64,000 nt of DNA, from NCBI GenBank assembly GCA_035343375.1, contig DAOQYW010000010.1, positions 2,236 to 66,235 on the forward strand. Reading direction: 5' to 3'. The notes beneath the pieces were generated by a model. That model had not been told where the DNA came from and ran no database searches. It saw nothing but the letters and a program-made list of their open reading frames with translations. Below are positions 9,684-18,377 of the stretch, one piece after another; the stretch's first letter is position 1, and every line of letters begins with the position of its first letter. Source of the DNA: Bacteroidales bacterium. Lineage in GTDB: Bacteria > Bacteroidota > Bacteroidia > Bacteroidales > ML635J-15. Position numbers and translations under genes: made by a program.

Positions 9684-11393
9684 ATGCAAACAAAGGCAAT
9701 TATTGAGAGAGTTATGAAAAACTCGGTTAAGTCAAGAGAAGGTCTGATAACTGTTTTACAAGAAATTGTAAGGCAGAAAAAGTATATTAACGAAAGCGAT
9801 ATTCTTGATGTAGCAAAAGAATTAGATTTGTCTCCGGCAGACATTTATGGAACAGCGACTTTCTATTCTTTTCTAGATACAAAAAGTAGAGGGAAGTATG
9901 TAATCCGATTATGTAAGTCTATTATTGCAGAAATGAAAGGTAAAGATGAAATCGAGAAAGTAATCTGCGATATTTTGCACATAAAACCGGGTGAATCAAC
10001 CCAAGATAAAATGTTTACCTTTTTAGAAACTAATGACATTGGCTGGAGTGATAAAGAACCTTCGATGCTGATAAATGCTGATTTATATACAGAACTTACA
10101 CCTGAAAAAACTTCAGAAATAATTAAAGCATATCTGAATGATAATGAAATTGTTAAATTGGAATCACTTAAAACAAAATCTATAATATCAGATGAATCTT
10201 GTAGAAATACTATTCAATATAATTGTGGTGAATTAAAAGGGCTTGTAAAAAAGGTTGATATTATTTTCAATAAAGACTGTGGCAGTTCCAAAAAATTGAC
10301 TGAGGCCATAAAAAAAGATAAGGATAGTTTTATTAACGAAATTATTGATTCGGGTTTGAGAGGTAGAGGTGGCGCAGGTTTTCCGACAGGTTTAAAATGG
10401 AAATTTGCTAAATCTGCACAAGATCAAGAAAAATATGTCATCTGTAATGCTGATGAAGGAGAACCTGGTACTTTCAAAGACAGGGTAATACTACAAGAAG
10501 TGCCATGTAAAGTTTTTGCAGGAATGGCATTATGTGGACATGTAATTGGTGCAAAAAAAGGTTATATGTATCTTAGGGGAGAATATGTTTGGATGAAAGA
10601 CGATCTTAATAAAATTGCAGAAGAATCTAATAAAATGTTTAAGGAATTGGGATTGGATTTTGCTGTTGAACTTAGAATGGGTAGTGGGGCGTATGTTTGT
10701 GGTGAAGAAACGGCTTTAATAGAATCTATGGAGGGGCAAAGAGGCGAACCAAGAAATAAACCTCCGTATCCTGCTTCTATAGGTTTTAGAAACAAGCCTA
10801 CTGTAATCAATAATGTGGAGACATTTATATATGTTCTCGAAATAGCTAATATCGGAGCTCAAAAATTCAAGTCAATGGGAACGGTGGATTCTGCAGGTTC
10901 AAAAGTGTTCTCTGTTTCGGGAGATACCCCTAAACCAGGAGTTTTTGAGCTTGAACTTGGAATGACTTTGGCTGATTTTGTCGAAGAATTTGGAGACGGC
11001 GATACTAAAGCAGTTCAGGTTGGAGGTGCTTCAGGTTTTTGTGTGCCGAGAAGAAAATTCAAGGATACAATAATTGGTTTTGAAGGAATTCCAACCGGAG
11101 GATCAATGATGTTATTCAATAGTCATAGGTCAATGTATAATGTTTTACACAATTATCTTGAATTTTTCGCAGAAGAATCTTGTGGTCAATGTACTCCATG
11201 TCGTGTGGGATGCCAGCAACTTTTAAAAGGCGTTGAAGCAATCAAATCAAAAGAGAAATCTCCAAAATACTTAGATGATCTATTGGATTTGACCGAAACT
11301 ATGAAAATAGCTTCAAAGTGCGGACTTGGTCAGTCAGTAGCAAATGCTTTTAAATCTATAGTGCTTGAATTTAAAGAAGAAATAGTTTATTAA
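9684..11393 (+). CDS. Fused NuoE-like / NuoF-like NAD(P)H-binding flavoprotein subunit of an [FeFe]-hydrogenase
   Basis: The C-terminal part carries NuoF motifs: GLRGRGGAGFPTGLKWKF (FMN), ICNADEGEPGTFKDR, GSGAYVCGEETALIESMEG, and ESCGQCTPCRVG...KCGLGQS ([4Fe-4S]). The N-terminal roughly 150 aa is NuoE/thioredoxin-like but lacks the four Cys ligands. The ORF track starts at GTG 9681, and the ATG is at 9684. Confidence 0.85.
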   Translation: MQTKAIIERVMKNSVKSREGLITVLQEIVRQKKYINESDILDVAKELDLSPADIYGTATFYSFLDTKSRGKYVIRLCKSIIAEMKGKDEIEKVICDILHIKPGESTQDKMFTFLETNDIGWSDKEPSMLINADLYTELTPEKTSEIIKAYLNDNEIVKLESLKTKSIISDESCRNTIQYNCGELKGLVKKVDIIFNKDCGSSKKLTEAIKKDKDSFINEIIDSGLRGRGGAGFPTGLKWKFAKSAQDQEKYVICNADEGEPGTFKDRVILQEVPCKVFAGMALCGHVIGAKKGYMYLRGEYVWMKDDLNKIAEESNKMFKELGLDFAVELRMGSGAYVCGEETALIESMEGQRGEPRNKPPYPASIGFRNKPTVINNVETFIYVLEIANIGAQKFKSMGTVDSAGSKVFSVSGDTPKPGVFELELGMTLADFVEEFGDGDTKAVQVGGASGFCVPRRKFKDTIIGFEGIPTGGSMMLFNSHRSMYNVLHNYLEFFAEESCGQCTPCRVGCQQLLKGVEAIKSKEKSPKYLDDLLDLTETMKIASKCGLGQSVANAFKSIVLEFKEEIVY

Positions 11394-11412
11394 ACTAATT
11401 AAATATGAAATT

Positions 11413-13203
11413 ATGGAAAAAATATTAGAATTAAAAATAAATAATATATCTGTTAGCGTAAAAGAAGGAACAAGTATTTTAGATGCCGCGAAGAAATTAA
11501 ATATTCGAATACCTACTTTATGTCACCATGATGATTTGTGTGTAGCGGGTAATTGCAGAGTATGCGTTGTAGAGCAAAAAGGAGTTAAAACATTGCAGGC
11601 TTCTTGTGCGGTTCCGGTTTCGAATGGGATGGAAATATTTACAAATACCGAAAAAGTTAGAAAAGCCAGAAAGCATATTATTGAGCTCTTACTTTCGGAG
11701 CATAACGCAAATTGTACAACTTGTTATAAAAATGGTAAATGCGAACTTCAGGATTTGGCAGCTGAACATGCTGTTGGTGAAAATAATTTTATTGATTTGT
11801 TGCAGTTTCATGAGTATATAATAGATAGATCATCTGCATCAATCATTAAGGATGATAGCAAATGTATCCGTTGTCAGCGTTGTGTAAGAACTTGTTCTCA
11901 ATTGCAAAAAGTTTCTGCTCTGGCAGTCGTTAACAAAGGCAGCGAACAAAAGATAGCTACTTTCTTTGATCAACCGATGGCAAGCGTAGTATGTACCAAT
12001 TGTGGTCAATGTGTTAACAGATGTCCCACGGGAGCATTGACTGAAAAGAACTATATATCTGAAGTGTTCAGTGCACTTGGTGACAGTAATAAACACGTTA
12101 TTGTACAAACTGCACCTGCAGTTAGAGTTGCACTAGGAGAAGATTTGGGTATTGATATAGGAAGCAGAGTAACAGGCAAAATGGTTACTGCACTAAGAAG
12201 ACTTGGTTTCGATTCGGTTCTTGATACTGATTTTACAGCAGATTTAACCATAATGGAAGAAGGAACAGAACTATTAACCAGATTGAAAAAAGTTCTTGTT
12301 GATGGTGCAACTGACGTAGCATTACCTATGACAACATCCTGTTCTCCGGGTTGGATAAAATTTCTTGAGCATAAATTCCCTGAATATGTACAAAATGTGT
12401 CAACTTGTAAATCACCTCAACAAATGTTTGGGGCATTGGCAAAGACATATTATGCACAAAAAAGAAATCTTGATCCAGCTAATATTGTCTCTGTTTCAAT
12501 CATGCCATGTACAGCAAAAAAATATGAGGCAAATCGTCCTGAAATGCGAGATAGTGGTTATAAAGATGTAGATTATGTTTTAACGACTAGAGAGCTTGCC
12601 AGAATGATAAAACAAGCAGGTATAGACTTTAAGACACTTGATGACAGTAATTATGATAGTTTCATGGGTGATTCTACAGGTGCAGCAGTGATTTTTGGTG
12701 CAACTGGCGGTGTAATGGAAGCTGCTATAAGAACAGCTTATGAAATTGTTACAGGCAGAGAAGTGCCGTTTAACAACCTGAATATTACTCCAGTTAGAGG
12801 AATGGAAGGTGTGAAGGAAGCATCTTTAAAAATAGAGGGTTGTTTGGAAACTTGGAAATTTCTTGAAGGAGTAGAACTAAAGGTTGCTATCGCTCATGGC
12901 CTTGTAAATGCAGATAAGGTTATGCAATCTGTTAAGGATGGATTATCTCATTATCATTTTATTGAAATTATGGCTTGCCCTGGTGGTTGCTTAGGTGGTG
13001 GTGGCCAACCTATTCCTACTAATCTGGAAATTAGGAATAAACGTTCAAAAGCAATTTATGAGGAAGATATGGGACTTACAATTCGTAAATCACACGAAAA
13101 TCCTGAAGTTGTTCAGATTTATAAGGAGTTCCTAGAGAAGCCTTTGGGTCATAAATCGCATGAACTATTGCATACACATTATATAAAACGAGATCGATAT
13201 TAG
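11413..13203 (+). CDS. hydA: [FeFe]-hydrogenase catalytic subunit, paralog 1 (M3-type; variant L1 motif TSCSPGW)
   Basis: The N-terminal region has a 2Fe-2S ferredoxin fold, the His-ligated cluster motif HNANCTTCYKNGKC, and two CxxCxxCxxxCP motifs. H-cluster motifs are TSCSPGW, MPCTAKKYE and EIMACPGGCLGGGGQP. Confidence 0.9.
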   Translation: MEKILELKINNISVSVKEGTSILDAAKKLNIRIPTLCHHDDLCVAGNCRVCVVEQKGVKTLQASCAVPVSNGMEIFTNTEKVRKARKHIIELLLSEHNANCTTCYKNGKCELQDLAAEHAVGENNFIDLLQFHEYIIDRSSASIIKDDSKCIRCQRCVRTCSQLQKVSALAVVNKGSEQKIATFFDQPMASVVCTNCGQCVNRCPTGALTEKNYISEVFSALGDSNKHVIVQTAPAVRVALGEDLGIDIGSRVTGKMVTALRRLGFDSVLDTDFTADLTIMEEGTELLTRLKKVLVDGATDVALPMTTSCSPGWIKFLEHKFPEYVQNVSTCKSPQQMFGALAKTYYAQKRNLDPANIVSVSIMPCTAKKYEANRPEMRDSGYKDVDYVLTTRELARMIKQAGIDFKTLDDSNYDSFMGDSTGAAVIFGATGGVMEAAIRTAYEIVTGREVPFNNLNITPVRGMEGVKEASLKIEGCLETWKFLEGVELKVAIAHGLVNADKVMQSVKDGLSHYHFIEIMACPGGCLGGGGQPIPTNLEIRNKRSKAIYEEDMGLTIRKSHENPEVVQIYKEFLEKPLGHKSHELLHTHYIKRDRY

Positions 13204-13230
13204 ATTTGAGATTTATGTTAGTTTTTTTTT

Positions 13231-13262
13231 AGAGGTGGAAAATTTTCTGCCTCTTTTTTTTT
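13231..13262 (+). terminator. Rho-independent terminator after hydrogenase module 1
   Basis: The stem AGAGGTGG / CTGCCTCT (with G-U pairs) closes the loop AAAATTTT and is followed by a run of about 10 T. Confidence 0.6.
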
Positions 13263-13588
13263 GTTTTTCACAAATGAATGGATCTTTAGCATTTTGTGGC
13301 ACAAATTACAGAGTTGAATTTGTTTTATTCACATGACTATTCAATTTTTTAATTGTGCACTATTTACATTATTTGTATAGATTCTTATATACATTACTCT
13401 GTTTTTTTATGCTATATAAATTGCGTAAAAGTACTGGTTTTTATTTTCAAAATCGATATATAACTGCCTTTAAAATCAGGATTATTCTCTCTATTACAGC
13501 TCTTATATTCAAAATATTTTTGTAATGAAAGATTTAAAACGCACAATGAAATTTTTAAAAAGAGTATTCACAATTAAAAAATACTATT

Positions 13589-14086
13589 ATGGAAACAAGG
13601 AAAAGAATTTTGGTAGTTGATGACGACATTGATGTCATCACAGTTTTGAGAACAATCTTAACCAAAGAAGGTTATGAAGTTATCTCAGCAGTAAGTAAAG
13701 AAGAAGGTCTTGAAAAATTGAGGAGTGAAAAACCTGATCTTGCAATTTTAGATGTTATGATGACAACTCATTTCGAAGGTTTTGATATGGCAAGAGCAAT
13801 GTTGAATAATCCCGAATTTAAAAAGATTCCTTTTCTGATTCAGTCTTCAATTGATATTCTGGTAACTTCTAAAGCCAGCGTTCAGGAAATGGCCAGAGAA
13901 TACAGAAAAGATCCAAATTTTAAAGATCTGCAAGTTATTCTTCTTAAAAATATTTCAGACGGAACGGCAGGTATAGACTATAAAGGTGAAGATGGACAGA
14001 CTTACTGGTTCCCAGTTTGTGGTTTTATAAGAAAACCGGTTGATGCAGCAAAGATTATAGAAGAGATTAAGAAACACATCAATTAG
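13589..14086 (+). CDS. Stand-alone response-regulator receiver protein
   Basis: Receiver signatures are ILVVDDD, PDLAILDVMM (phospho-acceptor Asp) and a late IRKP Lys. There is no output domain. It sits directly upstream of hydC. Confidence 0.75.
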   Translation: METRKRILVVDDDIDVITVLRTILTKEGYEVISAVSKEEGLEKLRSEKPDLAILDVMMTTHFEGFDMARAMLNNPEFKKIPFLIQSSIDILVTSKASVQEMAREYRKDPNFKDLQVILLKNISDGTAGIDYKGEDGQTYWFPVCGFIRKPVDAAKIIEEIKKHIN

Positions 14087-14144
14087 TAAAAGTATCGAGA
14101 AGCACAGTTATTATAGCTGTGCTTTATTAAAAAATTAAAAATGT

Positions 14145-14612
14145 ATGAAAACTGAAATAATCGACATATTACAAAAGTACCCTGCAGGAGCAAAGGAAAA
14201 TCTAATACCGATTTTACAAGATATTCAAGGAAACGAAGGATTTCTATCCAAAGGTTCAGTTATCGAAGTTGGAAATTATTTGTCTATGCCCACAAGTAAA
14301 ATTTTTGGTGTGGCTACATTTTATAATCAATTTAGGTTTAGTCCTCTTGGGAAATTCCATATTCAGGTGTGCAGAGGAACTGCCTGTCATGTTTTAGGCT
14401 CTCTTACTGTTCTTGAAACAATAGAAAAATATGTAGGAGTAAAAGCAGGAAGTACTTCCCGTGATGGAATTTTTAGTATTGAAGAGGTCGCTTGCATGGG
14501 TGCCTGTGGCTTAGCTCCAGTGATTTCTGTAAACGGAAATTTCCATGCAAAGGTTAATAGTGAGTCAATTAAAGAAATACTAGATAGTTATCGTAAACAA
14601 GCAGAATTATGA
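14145..14612 (+). CDS. hydC: NuoE-like [2Fe-2S] thioredoxin-fold subunit of trimeric [FeFe]-hydrogenase
   Basis: All four canonical Cys are present: VCRGTACHV and VACMGACGLAPV. The protein is 155 aa, and its stop overlaps the hydB start (ATGA). Confidence 0.9.
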   Translation: MKTEIIDILQKYPAGAKENLIPILQDIQGNEGFLSKGSVIEVGNYLSMPTSKIFGVATFYNQFRFSPLGKFHIQVCRGTACHVLGSLTVLETIEKYVGVKAGSTSRDGIFSIEEVACMGACGLAPVISVNGNFHAKVNSESIKEILDSYRKQAEL

Positions 14613-16564
14613 GCACAGTAAAAAATCAATATAAAGAGTTTCTCATAAACGAGGTTTTGAGAGATTATTCTGGAAATTCAAAAGATAAACAGATACACGA
14701 AAAGATATCTGTTATGAAACATGAGGTTATTTCTGAACCTATTATTTACGTAGGAGCAGGGACCTGTGGATTAGGTGCCGGTGCCGGTAAAACTTTAGAG
14801 GTCGTAAAAAGCTTTCTAAAAGACAATAATATTAATGCTCGCATAATCGAAACAGGTTGCATTGGTTTGTGTGCAGTTGAACCTATTGTGGATATTCAAT
14901 TGCCCGGATATAATAGATTATCATTTCAGGAAGTTACAGCAGATAAAGTCGTTCCGATTTTAAATTCGATGTTACTTTCCAATAAGATTCCGGATGATTC
15001 AATAATTTTGGGGCAAATCGAAATACCAAATGCTGAAAAATGGAATAAAATAGCCTATTTGAATGAACATCCATTCTTTGCTCCACAAAAAAGACTTGTA
15101 CTTAAAAATGTTGGGATAATTGATCCAGTTGATATTAACGAATATATTGCTAGAGATGGTTATAAAAGTTATATTAAAGCCATAAATCTATACAAACCGA
15201 TTGATATCTGTGATATAATTGAAAAAAGTGGATTACGCGGTAGAGGTGGAGGAGGATTTCCTACCGGACGCAAATGGAAGTTTGCAAATTCTGAAGTCAA
15301 TGATCAAAAATATTTGATTTGTAATGCTGATGAAGGAGATCCCGGAGCTTTTATGGATAGAGCAGTTATTGAGGGCGACCCGCATCGTCTTATCGAAGGC
15401 ATGGCTATTGGTGCTTATGCTATTGGAGCTACTAAAGCTTATGTTTATATAAGAGCAGAATATCCGCTTGCGATTGAACGTTTGGAAATTGCAATAAAAC
15501 AAGCCAAAGAGTTTGGTTTGATTGGTAAAAATATTTTTGGAACAGGGGTTAATTTTGAAATAAAAATTAAAAAAGGTGCCGGTGCATTTGTTTGCGGCGA
15601 AGAAACAGCACTGATGAACAGTATTGAGGGGAAACGCGGAATGCCACGATCAAGACCCCCATTCCCGACAACAAGCGGACTTTTCAATAAACCAACGGTA
15701 ATAAATAATGTAGAAACATTTTCAAATGTTTCGTCTATAATATATCACGGTGCAGATTGGTTTTCATCAACTGGTACACAGAACAGTAAAGGAACAAAAG
15801 TATTTGCACTTTCAGGAAAGATAAAACTGACAGGTTTAGTAGAAATTCCAATGGGAACAACAATCAGACAGATTTTATTTGACATTGCAGGTGGTATAAA
15901 AAACGATAAAAAATTTAAAGCAGTCCAAATTGGTGGACCATCAGGTGGTTGTATTACAGAGCAAAACCTTGATATTCAGATTGACTATGAATCTCTAATT
16001 AAGGTTGGAGCAATGATGGGATCGGGTGGTTTGGTAGTAATGGACGAAGACAACTGTATGGTTGATGTTGCTAAATTCTTTATGAGTTTTATTCAGAAAG
16101 AAAGTTGTGGTAAATGCATACCATGTCGCGAAGGAACAAAAAGATTATTGGAAATTCTTGAAAGTATTACATCAAAACCAAAACCTGGTGATAATACAGA
16201 AGCACTTGACAGATTTAAAGGAGTTATGCAGATCGAAAAACTGTGTAATGTCATTAAAGATACTTCTCTGTGTGGCCTGGGACAAACAGCCCCAAATCCT
16301 GTATTAAGTACACTAAAATGGTTTAAAGATGAATATGAATCACATGTCTTTGATAGGCATTGTCCGGCCGGAGTTTGTCAAAATCTTAAAGTTTATAAGA
16401 TTGATGTGGAAAAATGTACCGGATGTACTGTTTGTGCAAAAAAATGTCCTGTTGGAGCAATTATAGGAACCAGAAAATCACCTCATTTTATAAATGAAGA
16501 CAAGTGTATCGGTTGCGGAGCCTGTTATGAGGCATGTAATTTTGAGGCAATTCGTATTGTGTAA
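14609..16564 (+). CDS. hydB: NuoF-like flavoprotein subunit of trimeric [FeFe]-hydrogenase
   Basis: Motifs are GLRGRGGGGFPTGRKWKF, ICNADEGDPGAFMDR, GAGAFVCGEETAL and ESCGKCIPCREG. The N-terminal domain is thioredoxin-like [2Fe-2S]. The C-terminal domain is a 2x[4Fe-4S] ferredoxin domain (CTGCTVCAKKCP, CIGCGACYEAC). Confidence 0.9.
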   Translation: MSTVKNQYKEFLINEVLRDYSGNSKDKQIHEKISVMKHEVISEPIIYVGAGTCGLGAGAGKTLEVVKSFLKDNNINARIIETGCIGLCAVEPIVDIQLPGYNRLSFQEVTADKVVPILNSMLLSNKIPDDSIILGQIEIPNAEKWNKIAYLNEHPFFAPQKRLVLKNVGIIDPVDINEYIARDGYKSYIKAINLYKPIDICDIIEKSGLRGRGGGGFPTGRKWKFANSEVNDQKYLICNADEGDPGAFMDRAVIEGDPHRLIEGMAIGAYAIGATKAYVYIRAEYPLAIERLEIAIKQAKEFGLIGKNIFGTGVNFEIKIKKGAGAFVCGEETALMNSIEGKRGMPRSRPPFPTTSGLFNKPTVINNVETFSNVSSIIYHGADWFSSTGTQNSKGTKVFALSGKIKLTGLVEIPMGTTIRQILFDIAGGIKNDKKFKAVQIGGPSGGCITEQNLDIQIDYESLIKVGAMMGSGGLVVMDEDNCMVDVAKFFMSFIQKESCGKCIPCREGTKRLLEILESITSKPKPGDNTEALDRFKGVMQIEKLCNVIKDTSLCGLGQTAPNPVLSTLKWFKDEYESHVFDRHCPAGVCQNLKVYKIDVEKCTGCTVCAKKCPVGAIIGTRKSPHFINEDKCIGCGACYEACNFEAIRIV

Positions 16565-16581
16565 TTTAAAAATCTACTGTT

Positions 16582-18306
16582 ATGAGTTTTTTAATAGAAA
16601 TAAATAATAAACAAGTTGAAGCCCGAAAAGGTGAAACTATATTGGACGTATTAAAGCGTAATGGAATTAAAGTTCCCACTTTATGCCACTTAAAGGATAT
16701 GTTTCCGACCGGTTCGTGCAGAATGTGTGTTGTCGAGAATCTGAAAACGAACAGATTAGTAACTTCTTGTTCTACTCCGGTTGAAGAAGGAATGAAAATA
16801 TTGACTCATTCAGCACGTGTTGTGGAGTCAAGAAAAACAATTGTTGAACTTCTTTTATCTAATCATCCTGACGATTGTTTGTATTGTGTGAGGAACAAAA
16901 ACTGCGAACTTCAGAACCTTTCAGAGGAATTGCATGTCAGAGAAAGAAGAATAAGAGGGGTAAAGAATAATAATCATATTGACAGATCAAGTGTCAGTAT
17001 TGTCAGGGATCCTGATAAATGTATTCTTTGCGGCAGATGTGTAAGAGTTTGCGAGGAAGTTATGGGAGTTTCATGTATCGACTTTATAAACAGAGGTAGC
17101 AAAACTGTTATCGGAACAACATTCAATCAGGGGTTGAATACTTCGAGTTGTGTAAACTGTGGGCAATGTATCATGGTTTGTCCAACCGGAGCATTGTCAG
17201 AGAAAAGTCATTTTCCGGAACTGCTTTCAATGTTAAGCAATCCTGAAAAAACTGTTGTGGTACAATATGCACCGGCAATTTCGGTGTCATTGGCAGAAGA
17301 ATTAAAATTGGAGCCCGGAAAAGATATAAATGGAATTATGAATGCTGCATTACGCAAAATCGGGTTTAAATATGTATTTGATACAACTTTTACTGCAGAT
17401 TTAACGATTATGGAAGAAGCTTCAGAACTTGTCGAAAGAGTTAAAACAGGAGGCGTATTACCGATGATTACTAGTTGCTGTCCGGGATGGATTAAATTCG
17501 CCGAAGAGTTTTATCCTGAAATGATACCAAATTTATCTTCATGCAAATCGCCTCAACAAATGATGGGTGCTGTCATAAAAACTTATTGGTCCGGAAAAAC
17601 AGGTGTAAAACCTGAAAATATTTATTCAGTTTCGGTTATGCCATGTACTGCTAAAAAGTTTGAAGCACAAAGGGAAGAAATGACAAATAAAGGTATTACA
17701 GATGTTGATGCCGTACTTACCACACGAGAATTAGGACAACTTATCAGGATGTTTGGTATTGATATGAATAATCTTGCTCCTGAAACTACTGACTCCCCTT
17801 TGGGATACAGAAGCTCTGCAGGTAAATTATTCGCTGCTTCAGGAGGTGTTATGGAGGCTGCAATTCGGACAGCATATCATTTTATTACCGGAGATGAATT
17901 GATTAAGTTTAAAATCGAAGCATTGAGAGGTTTTAAAGGTTGTAAAGAGGCAGAAGTGGATATTGACGGATTAAAAGTGAAAGTTGCCGTAGTTAACGGA
18001 TTAGCAAATGCCAGAATATTGTTAGATAGCATCAAACGTGGTGAAAAAACATTTCATTTTATCGAAATAATGGCTTGCCCTGGCGGTTGTCTTAATGGAG
18101 GAGGTCAGCATATAGGAGCTTCTGAAGAGGATGTTAAACAGAGAATGAAAACTATTTATGATATTGATGACAAAGAAACAATAAAGGTTTCTCATAAAAA
18201 TCCTGAAATTATTCAGATTTATGAAGAGTTTTTAGAGAAACCTCTGGGTCATAAAAGTCATGAGTTGTTGCATACTCATTATTACAAAAGAGATGTGATT
18301 CATTAA
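16582..18306 (+). CDS. hydA: [FeFe]-hydrogenase catalytic subunit, paralog 2 (canonical H-cluster motifs)
   Basis: H-cluster motifs are TSCCPGW, MPCTAKKFE and EIMACPGGCLNGGGQ. The F-cluster domains match paralog 1, and the C-terminal 40 aa are nearly identical to paralog 1. Confidence 0.92.
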   Translation: MSFLIEINNKQVEARKGETILDVLKRNGIKVPTLCHLKDMFPTGSCRMCVVENLKTNRLVTSCSTPVEEGMKILTHSARVVESRKTIVELLLSNHPDDCLYCVRNKNCELQNLSEELHVRERRIRGVKNNNHIDRSSVSIVRDPDKCILCGRCVRVCEEVMGVSCIDFINRGSKTVIGTTFNQGLNTSSCVNCGQCIMVCPTGALSEKSHFPELLSMLSNPEKTVVVQYAPAISVSLAEELKLEPGKDINGIMNAALRKIGFKYVFDTTFTADLTIMEEASELVERVKTGGVLPMITSCCPGWIKFAEEFYPEMIPNLSSCKSPQQMMGAVIKTYWSGKTGVKPENIYSVSVMPCTAKKFEAQREEMTNKGITDVDAVLTTRELGQLIRMFGIDMNNLAPETTDSPLGYRSSAGKLFAASGGVMEAAIRTAYHFITGDELIKFKIEALRGFKGCKEAEVDIDGLKVKVAVVNGLANARILLDSIKRGEKTFHFIEIMACPGGCLNGGGQHIGASEEDVKQRMKTIYDIDDKETIKVSHKNPEIIQIYEEFLEKPLGHKSHELLHTHYYKRDVIH

Positions 18307-18313
18307 GTAAATT

Positions 18314-18365
18314 AAATGCCTGACGAGAGCGAATCGTGTCAGTGTTTAAGTCAGGCATTTTTAAC
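18314..18365 (+). terminator. Rho-independent terminator after hydCBA
   Basis: An 11-bp stem AAATGCCTGAC / GTCAGGCATTT is followed by a T-rich tail. Confidence 0.55.
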
Positions 18366-18377
18366 TTAAAAATAAAA

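Noticed and set aside
14100-14124. Hairpin AAGCACAG-N9-CTGTGCTT between the receiver gene and hydC, considered as a terminator or attenuator.
   Set aside because: It has no U tract after the stem and lies only 20 nt before the hydC start. The evidence is insufficient to call a terminator.
18336-18377. The longer N-terminal extension of the histidine kinase ORF (start at 18336).
   Set aside because: The extension overlaps the hydA2 terminator hairpin. The Met at 18378 directly precedes the first TM segment and matches the start of the paralogous kinase.
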